DNA from: Candidatus Omnitrophota bacterium
GTDB lineage: Bacteria; Omnitrophota; Omnitrophia; Omnitrophales; Aquincolibacteriaceae
Length of the DNA stretch: 64,000 bases
Direction: 5' to 3'
Assembly: GCA_903856085.1 (NCBI GenBank)
Contig: CAIOAT010000013.1
Location: forward strand, 39,430 to 103,429
The notes under the pieces are model-generated. The model saw only the letters and a list, made by a program, of their open reading frames with translations. It was not told where the DNA came from and ran no database searches. The number at the start of each line of letters is the position of its first letter. The first letter of the stretch is position 1. The position numbers and the translations under genes are program-made. This document shows, piece after piece, positions 28,802 to 38,204 of this stretch.

Positions 28802-29941
28802 TTACTTTTTCGGGAGAAGCGCAGGGAGTGAAATAAAAAAGGTCGTCCCTTTACCTTCCAAAGATTCAAATCCGACCTTCCCTTTTAAGTATTGCTCCGT
28901 AAAAAGTTTTACACTGTAAGTCCCAAGACCGCGACCCGGGCCCTTGGTACTGAAAGAACGCTGGAACACCTGATGCTGGACCTCTTCGGTCATGACAGCG
29001 GGGCCGTTCACTGAGAATATTTTTTTTCCAGCCTCCTCCCTGAATGCCACCTTGACTGTTCCTTGCTCGGGAGTCGCTTCCAGGGCGTTTTTCACGAGAT
29101 TGCCCAGCACGCGCCAGAGAAGATTGACATCTGTGGTGATCCTGGCGGAAAGATCCGGACACTGCAACAGAATCGTTTTCTTCTTGGCCTGAGGGCTTTG
29201 CTTGTAGCGCTCGACAAGTTCCTGGAGAATGGAGCCGATCTCAATATCCTGAAGGTCCGGCGTGTACTGGCCCTCTTCCGCAAGGAGCAGATCCCTCTGT
29301 TCCGTAATGGCATTGTCCAGCCGCTTGCTGAAGCGGAAAATTTCTTCGACCGCCGCGGTATCGGTCGGGATAATGCCATCGCGAACATTCTCGGTGTAGG
29401 CCTTCAAGATGGCTGTATCGTTCAAGATATCATGAAAAAAAACGTGTTCCAGGGCCGCGCGTCGTTTTTCGTCCTGTATATTTCTTATTAAAAAAAACGT
29501 GAAAGGGATTTTTTCGATTTCCACAGGAGAGGCCCACACACGCAGATCCAGGGAAGCTTGCCCTGATGGAGCATTGACCGTAATGCGGCATTCTCCGGAC
29601 TGGGCTTTCCCTGTCTGAGCGATCAGAATGGCATTCACTGCACCGCACTCGCGACAGAATTCCGAAGTCCCGCAGCCCGCTTTTTCCTTAAAAGCATTAA
29701 CACAGTTGAATATTTCTCCCGGACGTTTTCCGACGATCGTCTCTTGGGATTTCAGTGCGAGGGTCTGCAGAAGCTCCCTGTTGCAATAGATGGCCTGACG
29801 ATTCTTGTCGAGGATCAGAACGATTTCGGGATAGAGGTTCAGGACTTTTGAGAAAACCTCCGATCGGACGATCGTCTGAGTCTCTTGGGCGATCTCATGA
29901 TCATTGGACCTTACCGGGGATGCGAATTTGGTTCCTTCCAT
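28802..29941 (-). CDS. cytoplasmic PAS-domain sensor histidine kinase with a four-cysteine cluster (C-x10-C-x5-C-x2-C) in the sensor domain; no cognate regulator adjacent
   Basis: The PAS-like region carries CVNAFKEKAGCGTSEFCRECG. H-box is FFHDILNDTAIL and the ATPase boxes are LVKNALEAT and KGPGRGLGTY. The likely start is the ATG at 29941, with GGAGGGG upstream; the ORF track extends to 30100. Confidence 0.75.
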   Translation of the reverse strand: MEGTKFASPVRSNDHEIAQETQTIVRSEVFSKVLNLYPEIVLILDKNRQAIYCNRELLQTLALKSQETIVGKRPGEIFNCVNAFKEKAGCGTSEFCRECGAVNAILIAQTGKAQSGECRITVNAPSGQASLDLRVWASPVEIEKIPFTFFLIRNIQDEKRRAALEHVFFHDILNDTAILKAYTENVRDGIIPTDTAAVEEIFRFSKRLDNAITEQRDLLLAEEGQYTPDLQDIEIGSILQELVERYKQSPQAKKKTILLQCPDLSARITTDVNLLWRVLGNLVKNALEATPEQGTVKVAFREEAGKKIFSVNGPAVMTEEVQHQVFQRSFSTKGPGRGLGTYSVKLFTEQYLKGKVGFESLEGKGTTFFISLPALLPKK

Positions 29942-29993
29942 AACAATTCCCCTCCTTTCTACGTCTCTACGTCGCCGTTCATGAAAAAAAATA

Positions 29994-30359
29994 CTACGGC
30001 TTGGGCGATTTATTATAAGACTTGTCGAAATCCTGCCACTGCTGCTGCACCTGCTTCTGAATCTGCTGGGTTTTTTCCTGGAGTTGTTTGGCCAGAACAT
30101 CCCATTGTTGCTGAAGCGTTTTTAAAGTCTCCTGGGCATCCGCTTCCATCTTTTTAGAAGTCTCCGAGACTTTCATCGCCCCTGTCGAAAAACTCTCGTC
30201 GGCAGTACCCTTCAGCTCCCGAGCTACCTCACCCGCTTGTCCTCCAAGACTTTGTAACGCGGCTTGCATGTCAGGAGACGTCTGATCCTCCGTCGCATAA
30301 CCCACCCCCGCTGAGACCACCATTATCACAAACACCATGATTAGTATCTTGCTCTTCAT
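29994..30359 (-). CDS. small secreted Gln/Lys-rich coiled-coil protein, hypothetical
   Basis: Signal peptide MKSKILIMVFVIMVVSAGVGYA, followed by Q-rich heptad-like repeats. Confidence 0.45.
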   Translation of the reverse strand: MKSKILIMVFVIMVVSAGVGYATEDQTSPDMQAALQSLGGQAGEVARELKGTADESFSTGAMKVSETSKKMEADAQETLKTLQQQWDVLAKQLQEKTQQIQKQVQQQWQDFDKSYNKSPKP

Positions 30360-30403
30360 AATTCCCCCCGGGTTGAGCTGCGCTCCGTACACCGTACGAT
30401 GTA

Positions 30404-31207
30404 CTAGCTTTTATAATATTTCTCTGCCTCGGGAATTTCTTTTTGAATGTCTGCAATCCGGCGCGCGTTCGCGGGATGGGTGGAAAGTAATTCCGGAGGT
30501 TTCGCTCCGCCCAAAGAACTCATCCTTTCCCAAAAAACAACCGCCGTTTTGGGGTCATAACCCGCCCGGGCCATAAGCACCAACCCGATATGGTCGGCTT
30601 CGGACTCGTGACTCCGACTGTAGGGCAAGAGGATCCCGACCTGCGAGCCAGCACCATAGGCCTGCATCAGGATCTGCTGGGCCAAGGCCGGCTTTGTTTT
30701 CGTGAGCTGCGCGAGCCCCATACCGCCCGCCTGGACTAGAAGCTCCTGGCTCATGCGCTCACCGCCATGATTCGCGAGGGCGTGCGCCACTTCATGGCTC
30801 ATGACGGTCGCCAGGCCATTCTCATCTTTCACGGCCGGCAAAATCCCTGTGTAGACCACGATCTTTCCGCCCGGCATACAGAACGCATTCACAGTTTTGT
30901 CATCCTGAATAAGATTGAATTCCCATTTGTAGTTCTTGAGGTCCTTTTCCATGCCGTTCTCACGCATAAAAGTCTCTGCCGAACCCGCGATCTTTTGGCC
31001 GACCTCCGTGACCTTTTGATTCCATGACGCGTCGGTCGAAACCTTGGACTGGCTCAGGACTTGCTTGTAATTTTGATCGCTCAGGCTCAAGAGTTCGCCT
31101 TGGGGAATAAAGGAAAGCTGTCTGCGGCCCGTGATCGGGACCGTGGAACAGCCGATGAAAAATAACAGGATTGCGAGGCGGGATATTCTTCTCATAAACA
31201 TCTCCAT
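30404..31207 (-). CDS. M48 family zinc metalloprotease lipoprotein (YcaL/BepA-like)
   Basis: HEVAH zinc-binding motif (MSHEVAHALANHGGERMSQ) and a lipobox (LFFIGCST). Confidence 0.8.
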   Translation of the reverse strand: MEMFMRRISRLAILLFFIGCSTVPITGRRQLSFIPQGELLSLSDQNYKQVLSQSKVSTDASWNQKVTEVGQKIAGSAETFMRENGMEKDLKNYKWEFNLIQDDKTVNAFCMPGGKIVVYTGILPAVKDENGLATVMSHEVAHALANHGGERMSQELLVQAGGMGLAQLTKTKPALAQQILMQAYGAGSQVGILLPYSRSHESEADHIGLVLMARAGYDPKTAVVFWERMSSLGGAKPPELLSTHPANARRIADIQKEIPEAEKYYKS

Positions 31208-31249
31208 GCGGATAAAGAAGCTAGGGTTAAAAGCATTCCTTACTACGGA

Positions 31250-32644
31250 GTGATATTATACAATAAGGTCTGTGCAATGGAGGACAAAATTCGAATGCAT
31301 TTCGCGCCAAAGCAGAATTCGTTCCTTTGCTTTTTCCTCACCCTCGCCGTCGCCTTTTCCGGCTGCGTCCGGTACCGACCCCATCCCATGGAAAACGCCT
31401 CCTTCATGGAGCGGAAGCAGACCCAGACCCAGGGCAAACTAACCGTGACCGTCGCGGTCTTGAGTGACAAGGAAAGTAAGCAACTCTTTGGCGTGGCGCT
31501 GGCCAAGAAAGGCATCCAGCCTGTCTGGATCGAGATTGAGAACCTGGACACAATCCTCTATTTCTTTATCCCTAGGAATCTGGACCCGAACTATTATTCC
31601 GCAGGAGAGGCAGCCTACATGGCCCACTACAGGCAGGGGAAACAATTCCTTGAGGCGGGATTGGTCGGGATCATTTTTTTTCCGTTGCTCGCCCTAATCC
31701 CGATTTCTTTCTTCAGAGCCCGTTCTGCCAATAAAAGAATGGACGCTCTTTTCAACAAGCTCTCGCTACCAAGCCATGTCGTCATGCCAGGGGCTAAAAA
31801 AGCGGGATTCGTTTTCGTCTCGGTCGATGAAGGCACAAAACATGTCCGTCTGGACTTGATCGGTGACAAAGAGGCGCACACCACGTTCGATTTTGTGGTG
31901 CCAATCCCGGGAATGAAACCCGACTATACGACCAAAGATTTCGAGGCCCGTTATCCCGGCAAGGCGATCGTGAATTACGATGAGAAAAAATTGATCAAGG
32001 CGCTGACGGAACTTCCTTGCTGCACGACGAACAAAAAGGGAACGAAGAACGGAGACCCGCTCAACCTGGTGGTGGTCGGAGAGTTGGAGGACCTTGTGAC
32101 GATCTTCACTTCCGCCAGATGGGATGAAACCCGGGAGCTGTCATTCAAATCGGGACTGGCTATGGCCAAGGCATTCATCACCGGCTCAAGCGACCGATAT
32201 TCCCCCATCAGTCCTCTTTACTATGACGGACATCCGCAGGATATCGCATTCCAGAAATCCCGGGACACCATCAACCAGCGGCTTCATCTGCGCCTGTGGT
32301 ACACCCCCATGCGCTACAGGACAAAACCTGTTTGGGTCGGGACCATCAGCCGCGATATTGGAGTGAAATTCACTTGGTCGACCTGGTACATGACCACGCA
32401 CAAGATCGACCCGAATCTGGATGATGCGCGAAACTATCTTTTGGCGGACCTGGCGGAAGTACAAAAAGTTTCGCAGTATGGTTTTACCGACAATGTGGCG
32501 CTTGAACGCTCCACAAAACCCAAAAAAAATCTTACCGGAGACCCCTACACCACGGACAACCGCCGGCTTGCGATCGAGCTTTCGAATGAAGACGCCCTGC
32601 CCGTCACTTTCTCCTGGAATAATTTGATCCAGGAAGAGAAATAG
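31250..32644 (+). CDS. lipoprotein with LssY_C-like C-terminal domain (hypothetical)
   Basis: Lipobox LAVAFSGC. The C-terminal region (GDPLNLVVVGELEDLVTIF...RLHLRLWYTP) resembles the LssY C-terminal family. The start is uncertain (M1, M10 or M16). Confidence 0.5.
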   Translation: MILYNKVCAMEDKIRMHFAPKQNSFLCFFLTLAVAFSGCVRYRPHPMENASFMERKQTQTQGKLTVTVAVLSDKESKQLFGVALAKKGIQPVWIEIENLDTILYFFIPRNLDPNYYSAGEAAYMAHYRQGKQFLEAGLVGIIFFPLLALIPISFFRARSANKRMDALFNKLSLPSHVVMPGAKKAGFVFVSVDEGTKHVRLDLIGDKEAHTTFDFVVPIPGMKPDYTTKDFEARYPGKAIVNYDEKKLIKALTELPCCTTNKKGTKNGDPLNLVVVGELEDLVTIFTSARWDETRELSFKSGLAMAKAFITGSSDRYSPISPLYYDGHPQDIAFQKSRDTINQRLHLRLWYTPMRYRTKPVWVGTISRDIGVKFTWSTWYMTTHKIDPNLDDARNYLLADLAEVQKVSQYGFTDNVALERSTKPKKNLTGDPYTTDNRRLAIELSNEDALPVTFSWNNLIQEEK

Positions 32645-32723
32645 CTTAAAACGTCCAAGATCACGGGGCTGTTTCGCTGAAAAGTGCGACGCATCACGCC
32701 CTCTCCGTCGTATCCCTGAAGAC

Positions 32724-32760
32724 AAAAAAACCCCGCTGGCCGAAGCCAACGGGGTTTTTC
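32724..32760. terminator. bidirectional Rho-independent terminator between convergent genes (lipoprotein + / cspA -)
   Basis: AAAAAAA-CCCCGCTGGC-cgaa-GCCAACGGGG-TTTTT. A 9/10-bp stem with tetraloop, flanked by A- and T-runs. Confidence 0.65.
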
Positions 32761-32779
32761 TTAGTTCCAGTTGTGGTTC

Positions 32780-32980
32780 TTAGATCTTCACAACGTTGGA
32801 GGCTTGTTCGCCCTTGGGACCGTGGGTCACTTCAAATTCGACCGCTTGGCCTTCTTCCAAAGACTTGTATCCCTCACCCTGAATAGCGGTGTGATGCACG
32901 AACACATCAGCGCCACCCTCACGGGAGATGAATCCATAGCCCTTTGAGTTGTTAAACCACTTCACTTTACCTTGTACCAT
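32780..32980 (-). CDS. cspA: cold shock protein (CspA family), 66 aa
   Basis: [30 protein letters not shown]..., with RNP1 and RNP2 motifs. ATG at 32980; a long (about 340 nt) 5' leader is typical of csp genes. Confidence 0.9.
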   Translation of the reverse strand: MVQGKVKWFNNSKGYGFISREGGADVFVHHTAIQGEGYKSLEEGQAVEFEVTHGPKGEQASNVVKI

Positions 32981-33326
32981 GGTTGATATTGCTCCTTTCA
33001 CTAGAATTATAGTAACGCATGACAAGTTCAACCTTCACTACGGTAAAAACATCAACCTGGTGCAGTTGGAACTAGCCCGCTTTGTTGTCCCCATCCGGGG
33101 AGTTCGAAACAGGGTAAAAACAAAAAACCGCAAGGCAAACATACGACCTTGCGGTACACATCATGTTCTACCTCTTGCTTACTACGGGAGAACTATGCCC
33201 TATGGCGTACCGTTTGTCAAATTTTATTTTGAAGAGCCCCCGGAAGGCCTTTGCCATTCCCTAGGTATCGTATAGAATAATCCCTCTTTTAAAACACACG
33301 TTCTTATCTCTTAGAAAGGATCCTTT

Positions 33327-33899
33327 ATGCCCCAGATCTCAGCCAATGACCTGGAAAAGAAACTTTACCTCGAAGTAGACGGCCAGCCGTATTTCGTGCT
33401 TGATGTCAAATTCGCAACGCCTTCCGCGCGCGGGGCTTCCACCATGGTCAAGGCCAAGGTTCGCAATCTCTTGAACGGCGCGGTGCAGGACAAGACCTTC
33501 AAGACAAGCGAAAAATTCGAGGTTCCCGACGTGGAGAAAGTTCCCGCGGTTTTCCAATATGTCCAGGGAACGACGTATCACTTCATGGATAACGTCGCCT
33601 ACGAGGAATTCATGCTTACGGCGGAAAAACTCGGTGAGCAAAAATTCTACCTAAAAGAGAACCAGGAAATGCTGGCCCTGAAACTGAACGGCGTGGTGGT
33701 TTCTCTGGAACTGCCGGTTTATGTCGAACTCGCCATCGCGGAGACCGATCCCTCGATCAAAGGAGCTTCCATTTCAGGCCGTTCCACCAAAAAAGCGAAG
33801 CTTGAAACAGGACTCGAAGTGCAGGCGCCGCTCTACGCGGAAATAGGAACGATCATGCGGGTGAATACCGAGACCGGCGAAGTATCCGGCCGGGCTTAA
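33327..33899 (+). CDS. efp: translation elongation factor P
   Basis: Full-length EF-P, 190 aa. Confidence 0.9.
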   Translation: MPQISANDLEKKLYLEVDGQPYFVLDVKFATPSARGASTMVKAKVRNLLNGAVQDKTFKTSEKFEVPDVEKVPAVFQYVQGTTYHFMDNVAYEEFMLTAEKLGEQKFYLKENQEMLALKLNGVVVSLELPVYVELAIAETDPSIKGASISGRSTKKAKLETGLEVQAPLYAEIGTIMRVNTETGEVSGRA

Positions 33900-33950
33900 C
33901 GGTCAACCTCCGCCCTTCCGGATTCTTCAAATAAGGTTTTTTGCCTCTTC

Positions 33951-34181
33951 CTACTGCACACCCATCCCGGCATCAGCAGGGGCATCGGCCATCGGCAAGT
34001 TCTCGGGAGCTCTCTCACCAGGCGTGGAATCCGAATCGCCTTCAAAAGCCGAAGGATCCGAGTCATTCTCTTCGGCCTGGCTGTCGATCTCTGCAACTCC
34101 CCTCTCGGCATAAAGCGCCGGAGTACCCATCAACGCGACGAGGAAAAACACCAAAAGCCCATAAATCATTTTTTCCTTCAA
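33951..34181 (-). CDS. small secreted acidic protein, hypothetical
   Basis: Signal peptide MIYGLLVFFLVALMGTPALYA, then a D/E/S-rich tail. Confidence 0.35.
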   Translation of the reverse strand: MKEKMIYGLLVFFLVALMGTPALYAERGVAEIDSQAEENDSDPSAFEGDSDSTPGERAPENLPMADAPADAGMGVQ

Positions 34182-34198
34182 GATATCCTCCTTTTGTT

Positions 34199-34762
34199 TT
34201 ACGACGCCCTGCTGGACTGACGATACGCATTAAATGAACTGACATCTTCTAAAAGCTTTCTTGTTTTAGGGACGATCTTGTCTTCCGCCGGATAACCGAG
34301 AGAGATCACAATATCGATCTTCTTATTTTTTGAGATCTTCATTTCTTCCTTCAAAGCCTTTTCATCAAACCATCCGATCCAACAGCTCCCGATCCCGAGT
34401 TCCTGGGCCTGCAGGATCAAATGCTCGCAAGCGATCCCTATATCCACGAGACAATACCGCGTGTCCCGGACCTGCCCCCCGAACGAGGCCAGGAATTGCT
34501 CTTTTTCCGAAACAACCGCGACAAGGACCGGCGCTTCTTTGGCGAATTTATTCATCGAATAAAGCCCGGAAAAGATCCGCTCCGCCACACGTTTCCGAAG
34601 CCCCGGTTCGTCGATCATGATGAAATGCCATGGCTGGGAATTGCATCCCGAGGGCGCAAGCCGCGCGGCCTCGATGCATTTCAGAAGATCTTCCTTCGCG
34701 ATCGGTCGTTCAGAATACCGCCGCACACTCCGCCGTTGATGAACCAGCTCTGTAAAGGTCAT
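34199..34762 (-). CDS. nitroreductase family protein
   Basis: RRSVRRY, LAPSGCNSQPWHF and GIGSCWIG are nitroreductase-fold motifs. Confidence 0.8.
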   Translation of the reverse strand: MTFTELVHQRRSVRRYSERPIAKEDLLKCIEAARLAPSGCNSQPWHFIMIDEPGLRKRVAERIFSGLYSMNKFAKEAPVLVAVVSEKEQFLASFGGQVRDTRYCLVDIGIACEHLILQAQELGIGSCWIGWFDEKALKEEMKISKNKKIDIVISLGYPAEDKIVPKTRKLLEDVSSFNAYRQSSRAS

Positions 34763-35922
34763 TTCGCCCCAGAAATATCGATAAGCCTCTGGATCACTTC
34801 TTCAACCAAACGATTGGGCGTAGACGCCCCAGCCGTAACACCCACCTTGATCTCCCCCGCCGGAAGCCAGCCCGAAGTTTCAAGAACCTCCTGAGCGCCG
34901 ATCTTCTTATGCCGGATCTTCTCGCCTGAGAGAATCGAAGACGCATCTTCCACATGGTAGGCCGGACAAAATTCCGAAGCGATCTCCGCCAGATGGCCTG
35001 TATTGCTCGACTTGTAACCCCCGATCACAAGAATGACATCCATTTTTTTCTCACCCAGTTTACGGATCGCGTCCTGCCGGTCCTGCGTCGCGGAACAGAT
35101 CGTGTCAAAATGACGGAAACGATTCGAAAGTTCGGCCTGACCGTAGCGAGCCCCGAGAGCCAAGCGCAACATTTCTGAGATCTCGATCGATTCTCGCGAC
35201 AACATCGTCGTCTGGTTCGCAAACCCGATCTTTCCAAGATCCTTGTCCGGATGAAACCCCTCCGAACAAGCGTCCTTAAAAGCCATAAGGAACGAATCCC
35301 GGGTCCCGAATCCCGCGATATAGTCACAAACCTGTTTCGCCTGATCTTTATTCTTCACCACCAGATATTTTGCGGCCCGCGAACAAGTTGCGCGCGTCTC
35401 CTCGTGGTCATATTTGCCGTGGATCACAGACGTGAATCCATCCTGGCTGTAAGATTCCACCCGACGCCACACGCTCATCACGGACCCACAGGTCGTATCC
35501 ACGATCACGCAACCTTTTTTCTGAAATTCTCTTAGCGCTTCGACCGGCACCCCGAAAGCAGGCATGATGACCACATCTTTTTCGGTAATCTCAGAACGCG
35601 AAGCGTCGTCGATAAGGATCTTCACGCCCATCCCCTGCAGCTCCGCGTTCACGCGCGGGTTGTGAATGATTTCGTTGGTGAGAAAAATACGCCGGTCCGG
35701 AAAACGCGCGCGGGTCTCATAGGCAAACTCGACGGCACGCTCCACGCCGTAGCAAAAACCAAACTCTTTTGCCAGGCGGATCTCAAGCCGCCCTGTTCTC
35801 AGCGAGAATCCTGCCGTGCGGATCTTATCGATAAGAGGACTGTGATAGCTTTGATCGAGCTGATGCTGGACGATCCCTTTAATCCCGAAACTTGCGCGGA
35901 ATGTCTTTTCGGGTTCGGTCAT
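34759..35922 (-). CDS. ispH: 4-hydroxy-3-methylbut-2-enyl diphosphate reductase (IspH/LytB)
   Basis: LAKEFGFCYGVERAV, FLTNEIIHNPRVN and VIGGYKSSNTGHL. It overlaps the nitroreductase gene by 4 nt. Confidence 0.9.
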   Translation of the reverse strand: MTEPEKTFRASFGIKGIVQHQLDQSYHSPLIDKIRTAGFSLRTGRLEIRLAKEFGFCYGVERAVEFAYETRARFPDRRIFLTNEIIHNPRVNAELQGMGVKILIDDASRSEITEKDVVIMPAFGVPVEALREFQKKGCVIVDTTCGSVMSVWRRVESYSQDGFTSVIHGKYDHEETRATCSRAAKYLVVKNKDQAKQVCDYIAGFGTRDSFLMAFKDACSEGFHPDKDLGKIGFANQTTMLSRESIEISEMLRLALGARYGQAELSNRFRHFDTICSATQDRQDAIRKLGEKKMDVILVIGGYKSSNTGHLAEIASEFCPAYHVEDASSILSGEKIRHKKIGAQEVLETSGWLPAGEIKVGVTAGASTPNRLVEEVIQRLIDISGAK

Positions 35923-35932
35923 GAGGACTTTC

Positions 35933-36934
35933 TTAAGAGGAAGTGATCTTACGGACTGTCACGCCCGCTTGCTCAAGCAGCTTGAGGGAGATCTCCAGGA
36001 AAGGATAATTACCCTGAAAAACGACTTCGCCGATCCCGGAATTAATGATCATCTTGGTACACATCAGACAGGGAGAAAAAGTTGTGTAAAGCGTGGCGCC
36101 TTTGACACTCACGCCGTGATAGGCCGCCTGCACAATTGCGTTCTCCTCGCCATGCGAGCAGAGACATTCTCCGAGATCTTTTCCGGAAGCATCAATCGCG
36201 TTGCAACGAGGGCAACCGCCGTCACTGCAATTCTTGATCCCCCGAGGCGTTCCATTGTAGCCGGTCGAAATGATGCGTTTGTCTTTGACGATGACGGCGG
36301 CGATCTTCCGCTTCATGCAGTTGGCACGCATGGCCACGACCTTGGCGATATTCATGAAATACTCATCCCAGCCTGGCCGCGGAGCCTTTTGAGCAAGATC
36401 AAGAAAGATCGACTTCACCTTCTCATGCATTTCCTTCAGCGGCCCGTTGTTATCCACCTGAAGATCCGCCAAAGCGATCGTTTGATCGAGCTGTTGGTCG
36501 GTTTGGCTCGCACTTTTCGCTTCCTTGACCTCAAGCGCCTGAAAATCCTCCCACACCCGCGGATCGTTCTCCCGGCCACGCTGTTTGAGGCGTTCGAAAC
36601 GAAGCCGTTCCGGAGCATGGACGCGAACGAGAGTGAAATCACGGCGACGACGGAAGACCTGGACCTCGGAAGGATGGCGAATGGAATCAATCACATAATT
36701 TTTTTCGGGATCCAGCTTCGCGAAGATCCGTTCGGCCAGGCAGCCCGGTCCTTCTTTTTCGCGCAGCTCATTGCCGAGCGCGACGAGCACATCACGCGCG
36801 ATCTCCTGACCCCGTTTCTTGGCCTCCTCCCGGAGCGCGTCGGAAAGCGAATAGTAATGAAAGCCTCGGTCTTTTAGAAAATTCGCCGCCTCCCCTTTTC
36901 CCGATCCGTTCTTGCCTGTCAGTCCAATGATCAT
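35933..36934 (-). CDS. fusion: N-terminal P-loop nucleotide kinase-like domain + C-terminal dCMP deaminase (ComEB/Dcd-type, zinc-binding)
   Basis: P-loop IIGLTGKNGSGKGEAANFL. The C-terminal deaminase carries HGEENAI and SPCLMC, plus an extra CPRC pair. The start is likely the ATG at 36934, overlapping the upstream stop. Confidence 0.7.
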   Translation of the reverse strand: MIIGLTGKNGSGKGEAANFLKDRGFHYYSLSDALREEAKKRGQEIARDVLVALGNELREKEGPGCLAERIFAKLDPEKNYVIDSIRHPSEVQVFRRRRDFTLVRVHAPERLRFERLKQRGRENDPRVWEDFQALEVKEAKSASQTDQQLDQTIALADLQVDNNGPLKEMHEKVKSIFLDLAQKAPRPGWDEYFMNIAKVVAMRANCMKRKIAAVIVKDKRIISTGYNGTPRGIKNCSDGGCPRCNAIDASGKDLGECLCSHGEENAIVQAAYHGVSVKGATLYTTFSPCLMCTKMIINSGIGEVVFQGNYPFLEISLKLLEQAGVTVRKITSS

Positions 36935-37560
36935 AAAGTTCCTTTTGGAAGATGGATCCAAAAATCAGGAGAGTAGAAACGCTGATCGCCCGCGTGCCGT
37001 TCCACAAAAACAAGATGATGCGCGTTCTTGCCATCTTTTACTTCAGGCAATGCAGCGATCTCTCGAAGGTTCTCTCCATGTTTCCCGGCCGGAGGCCTTA
37101 TAAAACCCACGGACTGTTTCTCCAGGCGGAAGGCCGCCTCTTCAATGTCATCCACGCGAAGCGCCATGGCATAAGGCTTTTTATCTCCAAAATGCGCGAC
37201 CCAATCCAGCCCGGACTTTTCATGGGGATGTTCGACCAGGATCGCCGGAGCACAGCCCCTGCGTAAAACCTCTACGCCATGCCCTTTATGCTCAAGGACT
37301 TTGGCAGCGGGATCTCGTTCATACCCCATCTCGAGAAATTCATTCGCCCTCTCTTTGAGGTGAATGGTGCGAAAAATAAAATGGTCCAGAATGGGACGGA
37401 CCCCGATCCCAACAAGCGACAAACCGCGCGTCACAACCCGGACCGCAGTATTCTCCACAGCAAGATCTGCGGCATATTGCTTCAGGATCTGTTCCATGAG
37501 GGCGGGGTCTTTACAGCCGGGAGCAGATGACATCTTGAGTTCCTCATCGTTCAAAGACAA
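36931..37560 (-). CDS. VOC (glyoxalase/bleomycin-resistance/dioxygenase) family protein, hypothetical
   Basis: Two beta-alpha-beta-beta-beta-like modules (ILDHFIFRTIHL...; PYAMALRVDDIEEAAFRLEKQSVGF). Confidence 0.5.
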   Translation of the reverse strand: MSLNDEELKMSSAPGCKDPALMEQILKQYAADLAVENTAVRVVTRGLSLVGIGVRPILDHFIFRTIHLKERANEFLEMGYERDPAAKVLEHKGHGVEVLRRGCAPAILVEHPHEKSGLDWVAHFGDKKPYAMALRVDDIEEAAFRLEKQSVGFIRPPAGKHGENLREIAALPEVKDGKNAHHLVFVERHAGDQRFYSPDFWIHLPKGTL

Positions 37561-37587
37561 AGCTTGCCTGCCCCGGCGCGCAAGGCA

Positions 37588-37760
37588 GGCAAACCCAATT
37601 CTCTATCAAGAATCAAAGGTTAATTGGATTAGTCCTGGCAACCTTCAGTTAAAAGAAATAGATGTCAGGACAAACCCAATTCTCTATCAAAAATTTTAAA
37701 GCTTACTTGGACTAGCCCTGGCAGCCTTCATCCAAAAAAATAGATGCCGGGGCAAACGGG
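37588..37760. repeat. tandem direct repeats, about 2.3 copies of a 77-83 bp unit, each with a short inverted repeat (CCAATT...AATTGG)
   Basis: The units begin (gc)aaacccaattctctatcaa(g/a)aat... at 37591 and at 37671; a partial third copy (caaacggg) begins at about 37753. Each unit ends tagatg(t/c)c(a/g)gg. Confidence 0.6.
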
Positions 37761-37781
37761 AAAAACCTATACGAGCTTACT

Positions 37782-38093
37782 CTACTTCAGCGTATTTCCG
37801 GGTTTTTTCGGGGCTTCATCCTTCGAACGAGGCGTTGCCTTGGCGTTGGACTTGAACTGGACTGAAAGATCCGCATTGATCTTGGCATAAGTCGGGTCCA
37901 TATCCTCAGATTCGACGATCGAGCCAACCGGACATTCCGCCGCACAAGCGCCGCATGAAATACAGGTCCCCGGATCGATCACCATAAAATCTTTCCCCTG
38001 ATACGTTCCTGGATAGATCGCTTCGGTGGGACAAACACCGGCGCAAAGACCGTAGCGTTCGCCGTGACATTTCTCAGTAATTACATAAGCCAT
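37782..38093 (-). CDS. fdxA: 7Fe-type ferredoxin (FdxA-like; one [3Fe-4S] and one [4Fe-4S] cluster)
   Basis: MAYVITEKCHGERYGLCAGVCPTEAIYPG...DPGTCISCGACAAECPVGSI. The ATG at 38093 has AAGGAGA 7 nt upstream; the ORF track extends to 38174. Confidence 0.85.
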   Translation of the reverse strand: MAYVITEKCHGERYGLCAGVCPTEAIYPGTYQGKDFMVIDPGTCISCGACAAECPVGSIVESEDMDPTYAKINADLSVQFKSNAKATPRSKDEAPKKPGNTLK

Positions 38094-38204
38094 GCTGTGA
38101 TTCTCCTTAGTGGATGTTGGTTTTGAAAGAGGCCGTATTTTAACCGCTCCCCCTCCCAGCGTCAATGCTTTCAAACCCGCAACACCCCCTACGAGGTGGC
38201 GAGG

